The translations under genes were made by a program, and so were the position numbers. Shown one piece after another: positions 45,091 to 55,020 of a stretch of DNA of 64,000 nt. The stretch covers positions 1 through 64,000 of the IMG/VR virus record IMGVR_UViG_3300007722_000005. The stretch is one strand, 5' to 3'. The notes beneath the pieces are model-generated. The model searched no databases. It was not told the DNA's origin and saw nothing but the letters and a program-made list of their open reading frames with translations. Every line of letters starts with the position of its first letter. The first letter of the stretch is position 1. This DNA is from a virus.

Positions 45091-45151
45091 GTGTTCTCCT
45101 TTAAATTAAGCAAGATTAAAAAATACAGGCTCCTTTCGGCAACCTGTATTA
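45091..45151 (-). promoter_or_regulatory. ROSE-like RNA thermometer upstream of hsp20
   Basis: 5' hairpin plus UCUUGCU opposite SD AAGGAGA. Confidence 0.6.
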
Positions 45152-45223
45152 ATATATATCAAACATATGTTGTGGGGCAACATAGTTCTGACCTCGAATA
45201 TCTGCGAGGTCAGATTAGAAAAA

Positions 45224-45853
45224 CTAAGCCGTCTTTATGTAACTAGCTTTTCTTGCAGTCTTTTCGACAAGTTTAAATCCTAAGGTATCGATTAGTTTTT
45301 CTATATCGTCGTGTGGATACAACAATATATCATCAAAAACCCAGGCTCCACCTACTGCAGTGCGTTGCGCGAAAAAAGAAATCTCGTCTCTCAGGGCTTT
45401 TGCGGTGTGTGGTCCGTCAAAGAAAACTAATGCGTACTTGTTTTCAATTACCTTGAAGTTGTTGTAGAAAGGGACGCCATCTGCAAATCGCGTAAAAAAT
45501 TCTGTGTCCTCGAGACACATAAACGTCACATTAATTGGTTTACCTTGGAGATACTCATATATTGCTGGGAGCGCCTCGTTCCGCATATCGTTTGTGTAGT
45601 CAAGTTTGACTGAACGCTGTCCTTCGAGTTCACCAGGAAGGTAATCAATATTACCATAAGGATCAATACACACAACATTTCTGTTGATGTCACTATTCTC
45701 AAGAACAGCGTCGACGATCACTTTTAAGCTACCGCCACGCCGCGTTCCAACCTCACACAGCATCCCATTGACAGGTTTAATTAGTTTTGCTGCGTTCGCG
45801 AGGACGTGGTAGTCGGTTGAATCTGTTTCAAGTCCTATTACAATTTTTAACAT
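45224..45853 (-). CDS. Class I SAM-dependent methyltransferase
   Basis: EVGTRRGGS, IDPY, FDGPH, FDD. Confidence 0.75.
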   Translation of the reverse strand: MLKIVIGLETDSTDYHVLANAAKLIKPVNGMLCEVGTRRGGSLKVIVDAVLENSDINRNVVCIDPYGNIDYLPGELEGQRSVKLDYTNDMRNEALPAIYEYLQGKPINVTFMCLEDTEFFTRFADGVPFYNNFKVIENKYALVFFDGPHTAKALRDEISFFAQRTAVGGAWVFDDILLYPHDDIEKLIDTLGFKLVEKTARKASYIKTA

Positions 45854-45957
45854 AAAAAAGTTCTCCTCAATTCAGTTATCATGCTAAGATCGGTTCGTCG
45901 TTTTCGGGTGGTGTTGTTAGGAAAGTGGTCGTGCCACTTGCTCGCAGTGTTTCACTT

Positions 45958-46344
45958 TTATCGTTTTCCTATGTTATACTTTGTGACGAGCTCCCACTCA
46001 CCTTTTTCCCTGTGGGTAATAACTTTAATCTGGCTGAGTGGAGCTTTTGGTTCAGCGGTCCTTGTTTTCTCTACTATTGAAACAAGCCCCCACTCACTTA
46101 GCAGATTTGTTATAGTGTTCCGGCGGCCGCGATCTTCTTCGGAAAAATTAGACGGCTTGCCGTCCAGAGCAAACAACTCTTTGAAATGGACGATGTAGTA
46201 CTTGCCCCGCTTGTGAAGAATGTGACAGCTCTGGAAAAGTTTTTTGTCTTTACGTGATGCCACCCCAATCCTCGTAAGTGTTTCCCGTATTTTAAGGAAA
46301 GCGTCGGGATCAGCAAGAATTACTTCCACCAGACTTTCAATCAT
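45958..46344 (-). CDS. regA: Translational repressor RegA
   Basis: FLKIRETLTRIG...CHILHKRGKYYIVHFKELF. Confidence 0.95.
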   Translation of the reverse strand: MIESLVEVILADPDAFLKIRETLTRIGVASRKDKKLFQSCHILHKRGKYYIVHFKELFALDGKPSNFSEEDRGRRNTITNLLSEWGLVSIVEKTRTAEPKAPLSQIKVITHREKGEWELVTKYNIGKR

Positions 46345-46727
46345 GATTCCCACCTTTTTATTATTTTTTTTATAATGGTGAGCTGATCTGGCGTTAGTAT
46401 TTTAAGTGCTTGCAAAGTCTTATCGTTGCTATATCGATAATATGCTTGCACCGCCTTAAAATCCTCACTATCCAACCTTTTCACCCACTTTGCAAACCTT
46501 TTTGCGGGTCTGATACTATTTAGAAAAAAGTGATATTGTAACTTGTTGGGTAGTGTGGTAAATTGGTTCATTTCATTGCTGTGCAATATTGTATCGGGAA
46601 AGTAAGATAACCCCTTGTTTACAATGAATGGTACGTATAATTTTTCTACTCGGGTGTCGTTCTCGCTCCCTGTCATTAAGTCTTTTTTAGACCCATTTAT
46701 TGAGTTGATGAAGTCAAATGGGCTCAT
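46341..46727 (-). CDS. 62: Clamp loader small subunit (gp62)
   Basis: YVPFIVNKGLS...NEMN...KRFAKW; synteny. Confidence 0.88.
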   Translation of the reverse strand: MSPFDFINSINGSKKDLMTGSENDTRVEKLYVPFIVNKGLSYFPDTILHSNEMNQFTTLPNKLQYHFFLNSIRPAKRFAKWVKRLDSEDFKAVQAYYRYSNDKTLQALKILTPDQLTIIKKIIKRWES

Positions 46728-46905
46728 TGTTATTAAGCTCATTAGGTACTTCATCAACAAACGTTTGTTGACGATCATCAACAAACCATTCTGCAACCTC
46801 TCTCGTATTAAACGTGGTGTAGATGACCCATACGTCCGAATGGTCTTCGGCACGCATCACTGCAAACTTTGGTGCATTTGGCTGAAGAACTATTTTGTAT
46901 TTCAT
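46714..46905 (-). CDS. Small hypothetical protein inserted between 44 and 62
   Basis: ATGA overlap with gp44 stop. Confidence 0.5.
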   Translation of the reverse strand: MKYKIVLQPNAPKFAVMRAEDHSDVWVIYTTFNTREVAEWFVDDRQQTFVDEVPNELNNNEPI

Positions 46906-47843
46906 ACGAACTCACAGTCTGCCATAATCTGTGTGAAGCACGCTGCAAGATTAATTTCCTGGTCGGCAACAAACGCTGCTTTATACTGATATTCAGCGAG
47001 GATAAGAACTAGTGAAGGAATGCACGGCTGCTTGACATATTGAATTGCTTCATCATACAACCGCCGAAACAACGTCGTTTGATCGATATCACTATTCTCC
47101 CCTACCCATTTGCGCATCTCGGTGAAACTTTTTGCTTTGAGATGTTTTACGAGGTTTTTCAATGATTCGTCTGATAGTGATGTAAGAATCCCCACATCAA
47201 TTGCACCCGTCGAACTATAGCGTTGCAGCTCGTTTAGTGCTCTCCGCCAATCAGGAAAGAACTTCGTAATGAGAGCGGCAACAACCTTCTTATCATGCTT
47301 GACACCTTCTTTTGTGAGAATGTCAATTGTTAGGTCGAAGAACTTTTTCGCGAGAGTAGGTTTTTCTCTGTTCTCAATTTTGAATTCAATTACGCTGCAC
47401 CGCGAGTGTAGCGGTTCAATGATTCTGTTCTTGAAATTGCACGTGAGAATAAAACCACAATTGGTGGCAAACTCTTCCATAAAATTACGAAGAGCTGGCT
47501 GTGTGGAGTTTGCGTTAAGGTAGTCTGCTTCATCAAGAATAACATACTTCCGGCCTCCCGTAAAAGACACAGAGGACGCAAACGCAGTGATATCATGTCT
47601 TAATGTATCAATATTGCCGTTCAGTGATCCGTTGATCACAACACTGTCGCAGCCAAGCTCGTTCAACATTGCCTTGGCGACAGTAGTTTTACCAACACCA
47701 GATCGACCAGTCAGCATCAAATTTGGAACATTCTTATCATCAACAAATTGTTGAAAGGTCTTTTTTAGCTGTTCAGGCAGCACACAGTCAGCGACAGTTT
47801 TAGGTCGGTATTTCTCAGTCCACAAAAAATCACCATGTATCAT
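46902..47843 (-). CDS. 44: Clamp loader large subunit (gp44)
   Basis: EKYRP, GVGKTT, DEAD, SRC. Confidence 0.95.
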   Translation of the reverse strand: MIHGDFLWTEKYRPKTVADCVLPEQLKKTFQQFVDDKNVPNLMLTGRSGVGKTTVAKAMLNELGCDSVVINGSLNGNIDTLRHDITAFASSVSFTGGRKYVILDEADYLNANSTQPALRNFMEEFATNCGFILTCNFKNRIIEPLHSRCSVIEFKIENREKPTLAKKFFDLTIDILTKEGVKHDKKVVAALITKFFPDWRRALNELQRYSSTGAIDVGILTSLSDESLKNLVKHLKAKSFTEMRKWVGENSDIDQTTLFRRLYDEAIQYVKQPCIPSLVLILAEYQYKAAFVADQEINLAACFTQIMADCEFV

Positions 47844-47850
47844 AATATAG

Positions 47851-48516
47851 TTACTTTCTAAAAGTTGATTGGCTTCCGTTTGCAGCTATCCAATACTGCA
47901 CATCTCCTCCCTTAAAATGCGATATCCCTTTTGATGTGATTTCTACTTCGTAATCTTCTGGAAGCAGTTTGAAATGCTCTCCGTTGAATACGATTTTAAA
48001 TTCATATGGTGTATTACCGACCGGCGTTTCATACCTATTGTTTGTCGTCTTTGTTCCCGCATCCAAAGCAGTTAATTTGATAACATCACGATCCCCTATA
48101 ACACCAATTGAAGGCAACTGAAGAACATTAAGGGCCTTTATTAGTGAGCTGTATGTTTGCTGTGGGAGAACGAAAGCTATCTCGGGGTTTTTTAGGATAA
48201 CCTCTTTGTCAGGTGGCGTTGGGATCAATTCCTTCACGGTGTAGAATATTGATACCGACTCTTTTGAATTAGCGATTCTTAGGTGATTAGTTTCAAACTC
48301 AATATCTGGGTCTTCGAACAACGAAAGAACACCCAGCAAACTACCGAGATCAAGAATTGCAAACGGCTGCGTAAACTTCTCGACCACAGTTGCGCTTGCG
48401 AGAATCTCTTTGTTTGCTGATACAGTAGAGATTGTGGAGCCAGGTTCAATCGCGATCGATTTGTTGATCAACGTAAAGTTTTTTAAAATTTGCAACGTGC
48501 GTGCACTAAGTTTCAT
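47851..48516 (-). CDS. 45: Sliding clamp (gp45)
   Basis: MKLS..T..ILKNF..IN; synteny. Confidence 0.9.
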   Translation of the reverse strand: MKLSARTLQILKNFTLINKSIAIEPGSTISTVSANKEILASATVVEKFTQPFAILDLGSLLGVLSLFEDPDIEFETNHLRIANSKESVSIFYTVKELIPTPPDKEVILKNPEIAFVLPQQTYSSLIKALNVLQLPSIGVIGDRDVIKLTALDAGTKTTNNRYETPVGNTPYEFKIVFNGEHFKLLPEDYEVEITSKGISHFKGGDVQYWIAANGSQSTFRK

Positions 48517-48531
48517 AATATAAAGGTCCTT

Positions 48532-48780
48532 TTAGTGTAACGTGTCCCATCTAGATCCCTCTGAAGGCTTTTCAGCAAGACTCTCAATAGTTTTCGTAAG
48601 CATTTTAATCAGCATCTCGTTTGAAACAACTAATTTGAAAGATTGGATTGCCATTGAATAAAGTGCAGAAGCAGAGAGCATCATTGTTTCTTTATCCTGC
48701 ACTTCGCTCTCTACAACATTCCCGACACGAGTAATCATATTATCAATGAATTCTTTGTGTTGTTTTTCTAACACAATCAA
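48532..48780 (-). CDS. Hypothetical protein
   Basis: ORF in operon. Confidence 0.45.
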   Translation of the reverse strand: MIVLEKQHKEFIDNMITRVGNVVESEVQDKETMMLSASALYSMAIQSFKLVVSNEMLIKMLTKTIESLAEKPSEGSRWDTLH

Positions 48781-49724
48781 GCCCTTTTTCCAAGTTGCGC
48801 CGCATCAGCTGTTGCCGATGCACCGATTGAAGCGAGATCTGCGAGGCTGCCTCCAAACACGTAAGACCCAACATGTTGCAGTTTCATCCATGGACACAGC
48901 CATACCTTCAGATTGGCTTTGTCGCAATTGTAGCAAAACATATAATCTTCTGATAGGTATCGCTTTGATGCACCGGCTTCAGTATCCAACAACTTTTGTG
49001 CAAGTTCTTGCAGACCTTCTTTTCCCTGTGCTACATCTTTAAGCAGTGTGTGGAGGTCTTCGTTTGTGTATCCCCGATCGATAATGCAATCAAAATACGC
49101 CATAATCTCCCTAGAACCGTCAAATGCGGCCGTTCGAATGTGATCTGGCTTGTACAACTGCTTTGGATAATGTTTCTGGTACGTTTCAAATGTTTTGCGA
49201 CGGATCATCATAAATCCAGTCCCAAGCTCACGAACCTCTGTTGGCTTGTCAATTGCAATTTGGAGCTGACCACCTTTAGGATTGAAAACATAATCACCAA
49301 CATACTTCTCAAGCTCGTTGGGGTTCTTATCAGCTACACCCTTATCAACAGCCGATTTAATTTTCTCCCACGAGATGCACTTCTTTGGATATGGACCACC
49401 CATTACATCATATGGAGAGTCGTCTGACATTATGGCGGCCAATGCAAGAACGTCGTTTGGGTCAAAACCAATATCCGCATCGATGAACATTAGATGTGTA
49501 GCCTCTGAGCGCAAAAATTCATCAACACAATAGTTGCGAGCTCGTGTAATCAAACTCTCGTTGAACAAGAAGTACAATTGTAGCTGTACTTGATACCTCG
49601 CACAAATAGCTGCAAGATCTGCAATTGATCGGGTATACATTCCAGCACACATGCCGCCATACATCGGTGTCGCGACAAACAGCTTCTTTTTCCTAAGCTC
49701 GTCTACCTCTATCTTAATTTCCAT
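48777..49724 (-). CDS. GT-A-fold glycosyltransferase-like protein
   Basis: ATPMYGG, NESLITRARN, FIDADI (DxD), GTGFM, LSEDY. Confidence 0.75.
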   Translation of the reverse strand: MEIKIEVDELRKKKLFVATPMYGGMCAGMYTRSIADLAAICARYQVQLQLYFLFNESLITRARNYCVDEFLRSEATHLMFIDADIGFDPNDVLALAAIMSDDSPYDVMGGPYPKKCISWEKIKSAVDKGVADKNPNELEKYVGDYVFNPKGGQLQIAIDKPTEVRELGTGFMMIRRKTFETYQKHYPKQLYKPDHIRTAAFDGSREIMAYFDCIIDRGYTNEDLHTLLKDVAQGKEGLQELAQKLLDTEAGASKRYLSEDYMFCYNCDKANLKVWLCPWMKLQHVGSYVFGGSLADLASIGASATADAAQLGKRA

Positions 49725-49733
49725 AAAGTTTCC

Positions 49734-50228
49734 TTATTTGTTGTATTTTTTGTCGTGCTCTTTGCCAATTCCATATGACCCATCGTATAGAGTCAGTGCT
49801 TCTGCATCGAACGATATGTATTGCCCAATTCGTGTTCCTTGTTTAATTCTCATTGGTGCAACAGAGACATGCATTACAGCTGCCATGACACCGTGGTATC
49901 CTGAGTCATACAACCCTGACGTCAGGAACACACCATTACGGTTGAGTGTTGATCGTGTAATAACCCAACCAGCTTCACCGGCGCCAACACGTATAACATT
50001 TTCCATCACTACTTCATAATCACCTGGCATCAACTGGTACCAACCGTTTACGTCAGGAGTGCACTCTACTGTGCCACGGTGTGTTTTGTTTTCGTTGTCT
50101 ATCGTGAACACGTTAGGTTTGATAAGAAATATTTTACCCAGCCTCAGGTCGACCGCGTTTGGCTGTGAATCTCCCTCGGCGACATTGGTAAGTTCTGATT
50201 TTGAATTTGGGCCGCAAATATGTTTCAT
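49734..50228 (-). CDS. dUTPase/dCTP deaminase family protein
   Basis: RSTLNRNG, YDSGYHG, RIGQ, YDGSYG. Confidence 0.85.
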   Translation of the reverse strand: MKHICGPNSKSELTNVAEGDSQPNAVDLRLGKIFLIKPNVFTIDNENKTHRGTVECTPDVNGWYQLMPGDYEVVMENVIRVGAGEAGWVITRSTLNRNGVFLTSGLYDSGYHGVMAAVMHVSVAPMRIKQGTRIGQYISFDAEALTLYDGSYGIGKEHDKKYNK

Positions 50229-50632
50229 TTATCATATTCCTTTAACTTATGGTTGATAAATTTGACATTTTTTGTCGCCAAATCTAGAAGCTCATAAGTT
50301 GAGTATAAATCTACGCCCGACTTGCCAGCTGGACCATCGGAGCCGCGCGGTGGATCATCTGATTTTTCCGCAACCTCACTTTTATCTCTCACATACATCA
50401 TCAAGATGATATAATGCATTGCTTTCAAAAGATCCTTTTCGTTTCGGCCGTCTTTCTTGCCATACCGTGCAAGATATTTGATTGCGGTGTCACGTGCAGT
50501 TGTTTCAAGAGAACCGTTTGCCTCCCACAAATCGATTACTTGCACATCTTGTTTTCCAACATAATGTTGTTTGTATGTTGATTGAATAAAAGCTAACAGC
50601 TTTTTAATATTTTGTTCTTCATTAAATCTCAT
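50225..50632 (-). CDS. DUF3310 / T7 gp1.7-like protein
   Basis: HY...IKYLARYGKKDG...DLLKAMHY. Confidence 0.7.
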   Translation of the reverse strand: MRFNEEQNIKKLLAFIQSTYKQHYVGKQDVQVIDLWEANGSLETTARDTAIKYLARYGKKDGRNEKDLLKAMHYIILMMYVRDKSEVAEKSDDPPRGSDGPAGKSGVDLYSTYELLDLATKNVKFINHKLKEYDK

Positions 50633-51534
50633 TGTGGTGGCCTTTCCCAGCTCGCGCTGTGTTCTGGATCTTCCCACAATTTTAACTTATTGTTGATAAA
50701 TTTGATATTTTTTGTCGCCAAATCTAGAAGCTCATGATCGTGGCATTTGTGATTAAAGTCAACATGATGGAGAATTTTGCCCCTCTTCAATCCTGTTGGA
50801 GAGCAATCAAAACCTACACCCATAAGACCTGCCCATATTGCGGCGCTCGAATCCCACGAATTAATGTATGGAACAAAATCTTCGAGTAGATCAATTTCGT
50901 TTGGACCGTCGGTCATACCAAGACAATGAAACCGCTTGTATGCTTTGTCATTAACCAGAGCTCCGGCATCTCTCAGAGCTTTAAACACAGTCCAACGAGA
51001 TAAATATCGTTGAAGTTTATGCGCATCAGAGGTGACGGCTAGTGGGCCCTCGTCAATACCAAGGGCGTGAGGGCAAGCTAGTATAGACACACCAATTAAA
51101 TCAATAAGAGGATTATCGATTGCCCATCGGAAGCTCGTAATTAGCCCGTGTAGATCGCCGATTTCGCTTTGAGGGACAAAGAATGTTTTGAATCCTGCTT
51201 GTCGAATAACAAGTGCTTGAAGTTGCGCGGTGTTGATCGTATCGGTGAACGGGCAACCTGGATGATCAGTCATAACAATAACGTCGGCTTTACAAGCTCT
51301 ACCCATTGCAATCAGTTTATTCGCGGGATACATCGGCCGGCCTTGTTTGAACATTTCAAACGCGGAGTTATCCATAATCTTTTCTTTGCCGTCATCAAGG
51401 TTTGTGTAGAAGTCGCGGTATACTTCGTCTGATTCAACAAGATGAGCAAGGATTAAATGGGACTGGTTGTAGTGGGAAAAGAGGCCGAGGTATGGGGTCG
51501 GCGCTATATGGCAAAATTTAATATTTGTGGTCAC
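50629..51534 (-). CDS. TGT/DpdA-like protein (7-deazaguanine insertion)
   Basis: MDNSAFE, HCLGM, WDSS motifs; next to DpdL-like and folE. Confidence 0.6.
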   Translation of the reverse strand: MTTNIKFCHIAPTPYLGLFSHYNQSHLILAHLVESDEVYRDFYTNLDDGKEKIMDNSAFEMFKQGRPMYPANKLIAMGRACKADVIVMTDHPGCPFTDTINTAQLQALVIRQAGFKTFFVPQSEIGDLHGLITSFRWAIDNPLIDLIGVSILACPHALGIDEGPLAVTSDAHKLQRYLSRWTVFKALRDAGALVNDKAYKRFHCLGMTDGPNEIDLLEDFVPYINSWDSSAAIWAGLMGVGFDCSPTGLKRGKILHHVDFNHKCHDHELLDLATKNIKFINNKLKLWEDPEHSASWERPPQ

Positions 51535-51536
51535 TA

Positions 51537-51905
51537 TTAATCCTTCCAATAGTAGTTGCGGCAACCGTTTTCACCATCTTCAGACACCTCGATGAAAACG
51601 TTTCTGTTGGGGTATTTCTTCTGAATGTACTTTGCAAGATCGTTTGCGAGCATTTCGCACGATTTGCTTTCCATAGCACCGTGTGTTTTATCAATCACTT
51701 TTTCAAGTTCGCGCTTGAATAAGATAAATTCTACATCGCGGTTATCATGAAAAACTTCCATCTCAACTCTAAAATGGAATATGTGTCTGTGAGGATGTCC
51801 GAGAAATGCTACATCCTTTAATTTTGGGTCTGTTAGAGCCTCAGGGTAAAGATGAATACCTTCTCTTTGAAACGTAACAAATATAAAGCTATCAGTTTTA
51901 TTCAT
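51537..51905 (-). CDS. QueD-like T-fold protein (DpdL-like)
   Basis: LGHPHRHIF (LxxxHRHxF), SCEM, VSEDGENG. Confidence 0.7.
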   Translation of the reverse strand: MNKTDSFIFVTFQREGIHLYPEALTDPKLKDVAFLGHPHRHIFHFRVEMEVFHDNRDVEFILFKRELEKVIDKTHGAMESKSCEMLANDLAKYIQKKYPNRNVFIEVSEDGENGCRNYYWKD

Positions 51906-51920
51906 CTTATATTACCTATC

Positions 51921-51952
51921 AAAAAAAAACTGCCGCCGGAGGCGGCAGTTTT
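51921..51952 (-). terminator. Intrinsic terminator
   Basis: AAAAACTGCCGCC TCC GGCGGCAG TTTTTTTTT. Confidence 0.85.
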
Positions 51953-51982
51953 TGGCTCAATCAAAATACTAGGTATTAAATG

Positions 51983-52225
51983 TTATCGGCCACCAAAGAC
52001 CGTTTGACCACCGAATGCATAAGCGAGGCGCACCATTTCTTTTGATGGGCGGCCAATCTTGTATGACGATCCGGTTTTGGTGCGGTTCGTATAGATTGGA
52101 TACCCTTCTGCACGAAGTTCGGAAATACGTGCTGACGGGTTAGTGATACCTAGCGAATACGCCTTACGTGATGTAAGTTTGCGACCAGTGTTGAGGACAT
52201 TAAGAATTTTTGTATATTGGTTCAT
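51983..52225 (-). CDS. Winged HTH DNA-binding protein
   Basis: GITNPSARISELRAEGYPIY; own promoter at about 52293-52320. Confidence 0.7.
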   Translation of the reverse strand: MNQYTKILNVLNTGRKLTSRKAYSLGITNPSARISELRAEGYPIYTNRTKTGSSYKIGRPSKEMVRLAYAFGGQTVFGGR

Positions 52226-52322
52226 TTAGATCTCCTTTAAAAACTACTCATTTCAGAATAATAGAGTCACAATAACTCCATCAACGTACCACTTTACTAC
52301 ATTTAAAAATAAAAGTCAACAG

Positions 52323-52517
52323 CTACTGTGCTATCTTGGTCTTTCTTAGAGCACCGACAGCCATTTTGACAACACGAGGATGGGTTTTCATCCGAAGTAT
52401 GTAGAAAGGTTTCCCTTCAATATCTTCGGTCCCCATATAAAAGGCTTCAAAATACTCACCGGACATGATGTTCGTGTATGCTGCTAGTGGGTATTTTTTT
52501 GTTCTGCTTTGTTTCAT
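52323..52517 (-). CDS. Hypothetical protein
   Basis: Coupled to folE stop. Confidence 0.5.
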   Translation of the reverse strand: MKQSRTKKYPLAAYTNIMSGEYFEAFYMGTEDIEGKPFYILRMKTHPRVVKMAVGALRKTKIAQ

Positions 52518-53239
52518 TTTTCTGCGGACTGCATCCTAATATTGTTATAAAATTCTGCCTTAACAGAATCGTTGTGGAATAGACCGTGGACAACTGACGT
52601 TTGAGTGAGACTCGAGTGGGCTTCAACTCCTCTGTTCTCCATACAACCATGATGGGCTTGTATATAAACAGCAACATTTTCTGTGTCAGTTGCGTTCTTG
52701 ATTTCGTTTGCTATTTGATTGACGAGGTCCTCTTGCAGCTGGCCGCGTCTCGCACACCACTGCGCAATTCGAGCGTATTTCGAAAGCCCAATAACTTCAC
52801 CCGTCGGGATAATCCCAATATATGCTACACCATTGACTGGTTGGTGGTGATGTGAACACATTGATGTTATTTCTGCACGAACAACTAACATTCCCTCAAA
52901 CCTGTTAGGTCCTTCATTGGGGAATGCGGTAATATCTGGTTTTGCTGTGTATCTGCCGACCATCAGCTCGTTGATATACATCTTGGCGAGACGCCTCGCC
53001 GTTCCTTTAGAATTTGGGTCATTATTGACATCAATGACAAGTGAGTGCAGCACTCCTTCAAACTTTGAAGCTACCTCGTCAATCAACTGATTAATCTCAC
53101 CATCTTGTATTGCATCGGAGATGTTGTCGCCAGCCCAAAATCGTTTGTTGTTTGCAATTAGCCGTTCGCGAATATAGGTTGATGTCGGTTTGCGCGACAC
53201 TGCTATACCTTTATCTTCGTCGTCATACAAAATATTCAT
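52514..53239 (-). CDS. folE: GTP cyclohydrolase I
   Basis: CSHH, GLSK, QE, HGCM..RG. Confidence 0.93.
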   Translation of the reverse strand: MNILYDDEDKGIAVSRKPTSTYIRERLIANNKRFWAGDNISDAIQDGEINQLIDEVASKFEGVLHSLVIDVNNDPNSKGTARRLAKMYINELMVGRYTAKPDITAFPNEGPNRFEGMLVVRAEITSMCSHHHQPVNGVAYIGIIPTGEVIGLSKYARIAQWCARRGQLQEDLVNQIANEIKNATDTENVAVYIQAHHGCMENRGVEAHSSLTQTSVVHGLFHNDSVKAEFYNNIRMQSAEK

Positions 53240-53420
53240 GGGCGTCCTTTAGTAATTATCGTGTGAATGTGCCGTGCGGGTCATATCATTGTGGAAATTA
53301 ATTAGATCGTTCTCTGCTTGGTCAACGACTTGTTCGACCCGAACAGCTCCAAAATCGATTCGAAGCTGTGTTATAACGTCCCTTTTCGGCGTCCCTTTAA
53401 GGAGAAGGTCTATTGCCTCA

Positions 53421-53843
53421 TTAATTATTGGAAACGATGAATTCGTTTTCATTGGTGAATCCCTCTTTAACGAGTTTAATGTGCTTACATTTGTTGTGGT
53501 ATTTGAATCCTGTACAATCACAAGCAAAGTGGTCTCCACTTCGGCTAACATTGTACATTTTTCCTTTTGATCCTGCAACAGGAAATTCTTGATACTGCAC
53601 GCTTTTGCCTGAGGACTTCATATCAACAACATTATTGATGCTAATTATTGATATGGGGAACCGACTATTGCCTGTTTCAACTGTAAAACTATCAGCGGGA
53701 ACCCACGGCGCATTTCGAAGCACTATACCTTGATAACGAAAAGTCTCGAAAGGCAAATCTTTGGATGTGAAATAGTTGATGTTGCGGTGTGAGGTTACCA
53801 CCGCAACATCAGACCCAACTGCTGGAATTTGAATATTATTCAT
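53421..53843 (-). CDS. SWIM zinc-finger protein
   Basis: GSKGKMY.V...CDCTGF...CKH. Confidence 0.75.
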   Translation of the reverse strand: MNNIQIPAVGSDVAVVTSHRNINYFTSKDLPFETFRYQGIVLRNAPWVPADSFTVETGNSRFPISIISINNVVDMKSSGKSVQYQEFPVAGSKGKMYNVSRSGDHFACDCTGFKYHNKCKHIKLVKEGFTNENEFIVSNN

Positions 53844-53889
53844 AATGCCAGCTTACACTAGATTACTGGTGAGGTCAACCCCTCATTAA
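53834..53889. repeat. 56-bp direct repeat (copy 1): gene end + promoter + leaderless start
   Basis: Copy 2 at 54665-54720, one mismatch. Confidence 0.9.
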
Positions 53890-54135
53890 AAGATCTTTTT
53901 GAACTGGAACTACAGAATCTTCATACTTAAGCTTAGTGAGCGCCATATAATCAAGGTGCCGCCTAAAGCCATTATTAGAGATTTTCCAGCCGTGGAACTT
54001 TGACCATTTGCTCGGATTGTTTCGCTTGAGCTTCTTGAGCGTCCCACCCTTGATTGAGTAGAGCCACTGTTCATTAACGTTCCAGAAGTAACCTGGATAC
54101 TTGGTTGCGGTGAAACCGCTTGGTAATGTTACCAT
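53875..54135 (-). CDS. Conserved phage hypothetical protein
   Basis: ATKYPGYFWNV...LYSIK; SD GGAG. Confidence 0.6.
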   Translation of the reverse strand: MVTLPSGFTATKYPGYFWNVNEQWLYSIKGGTLKKLKRNNPSKWSKFHGWKISNNGFRRHLDYMALTKLKYEDSVVPVQKDLLMRG

Positions 54136-54201
54136 AATTAAGCTCCAAAGAAAGCGTACACGTCTTGCATTTTACCGCTAACCAGCGGTGGATTGTGCTT
54201 C

Positions 54202-54444
54202 TCACATTTCTTGTAGAAGAAGATCATGATCATGATCGAGTTTCTTGCTACTGAGCACTTGAAGAAGCATCCGAGCTTGAAACTCTTCTACCTCATTAAG
54301 TGCATTGAGGCCGAGGAATGCTAATGCAACGGTACTCCATGCACTATGTTTCTCCTCCTCGGTGAAATTAGAGTCATGGAGTACGTCGAGATACTGCTTA
54401 CCGATTTTTTTGAGCTCATCAAGATTACATGGTAGAGTAGACAT
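54202..54444 (-). CDS. Hypothetical protein
   Basis: ORF in operon. Confidence 0.5.
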   Translation of the reverse strand: MSTLPCNLDELKKIGKQYLDVLHDSNFTEEEKHSAWSTVALAFLGLNALNEVEEFQARMLLQVLSSKKLDHDHDLLLQEM

Positions 54445-54674
54445 TACTTCTCCTTGAATCCTTCGATCACACCAGATACCCCAGCGTGATAAATATCACG
54501 ATAACCATCTGGTGTTGCAACGTAAAGCAGCATTGAGATAATGAGGGCGATACCGACGATGACCGCGAATATCGCTCCAATCCACTTAACAAAAAACAGC
54601 AGAACCTTCGCCCCTAAGTAGACGCAAAAGCCTGCTGCGAGTAACAGTAAAATTTCCATAACATTATTATTCAT
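54444..54674 (-). CDS. Small membrane protein
   Basis: Two hydrophobic segments; leaderless start. Confidence 0.5.
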   Translation of the reverse strand: MNNNVMEILLLLAAGFCVYLGAKVLLFFVKWIGAIFAVIVGIALIISMLLYVATPDGYRDIYHAGVSGVIEGFKEK

Positions 54675-54720
54675 AATGCCAGCTTACACTAGATTACTGG
54701 TGAGGTCAACCTCTCATTAA
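54665..54720. repeat. 56-bp direct repeat (copy 2)
   Basis: Matches 53834-53889. Confidence 0.9.
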
Positions 54721-55020
54721 TTGAAATTTCTTGAGTGGCTTACGCTGATCACCTACAAGAGGAAACGTACAGATAGCTGTATGACCAGCAATCTCTGGCA
54801 TCGTCTCCTTGAAGATCTTGTACTTGATCCCATGCATCTCAAGGTGCATTGCAATCTCTTCGAGCTCTACTTCACATTTTGCAGGAGAGAGTACAAAATT
54901 AACTGCGCCCTCTTGAGGACCAATTTCTGATCCAACCCACATACAGACGTGGCCTGCTTGCACAATCTGCTGAGGCACAGTGAGATCGGTTCTCACGAAC
55001 ACATATGAGTATTTGTTCAT
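54706..55020 (-). CDS. Peptidyl-tRNA hydrolase II (Pth2)-like protein
   Basis: YVFVRTDL...QIVQAGH...F.E...HTAIC..P...L..F.L. Confidence 0.7.
   Translation of the reverse strand: MNKYSYVFVRTDLTVPQQIVQAGHVCMWVGSEIGPQEGAVNFVLSPAKCEVELEEIAMHLEMHGIKYKIFKETMPEIAGHTAICTFPLVGDQRKPLKKFQLMRG

Noticed and set aside
46728-46853. N-terminal extension of gp62 in the ORF track
   Set aside because: Overlaps a separate small ORF; the recognisable gp62 starts at MSPFDF
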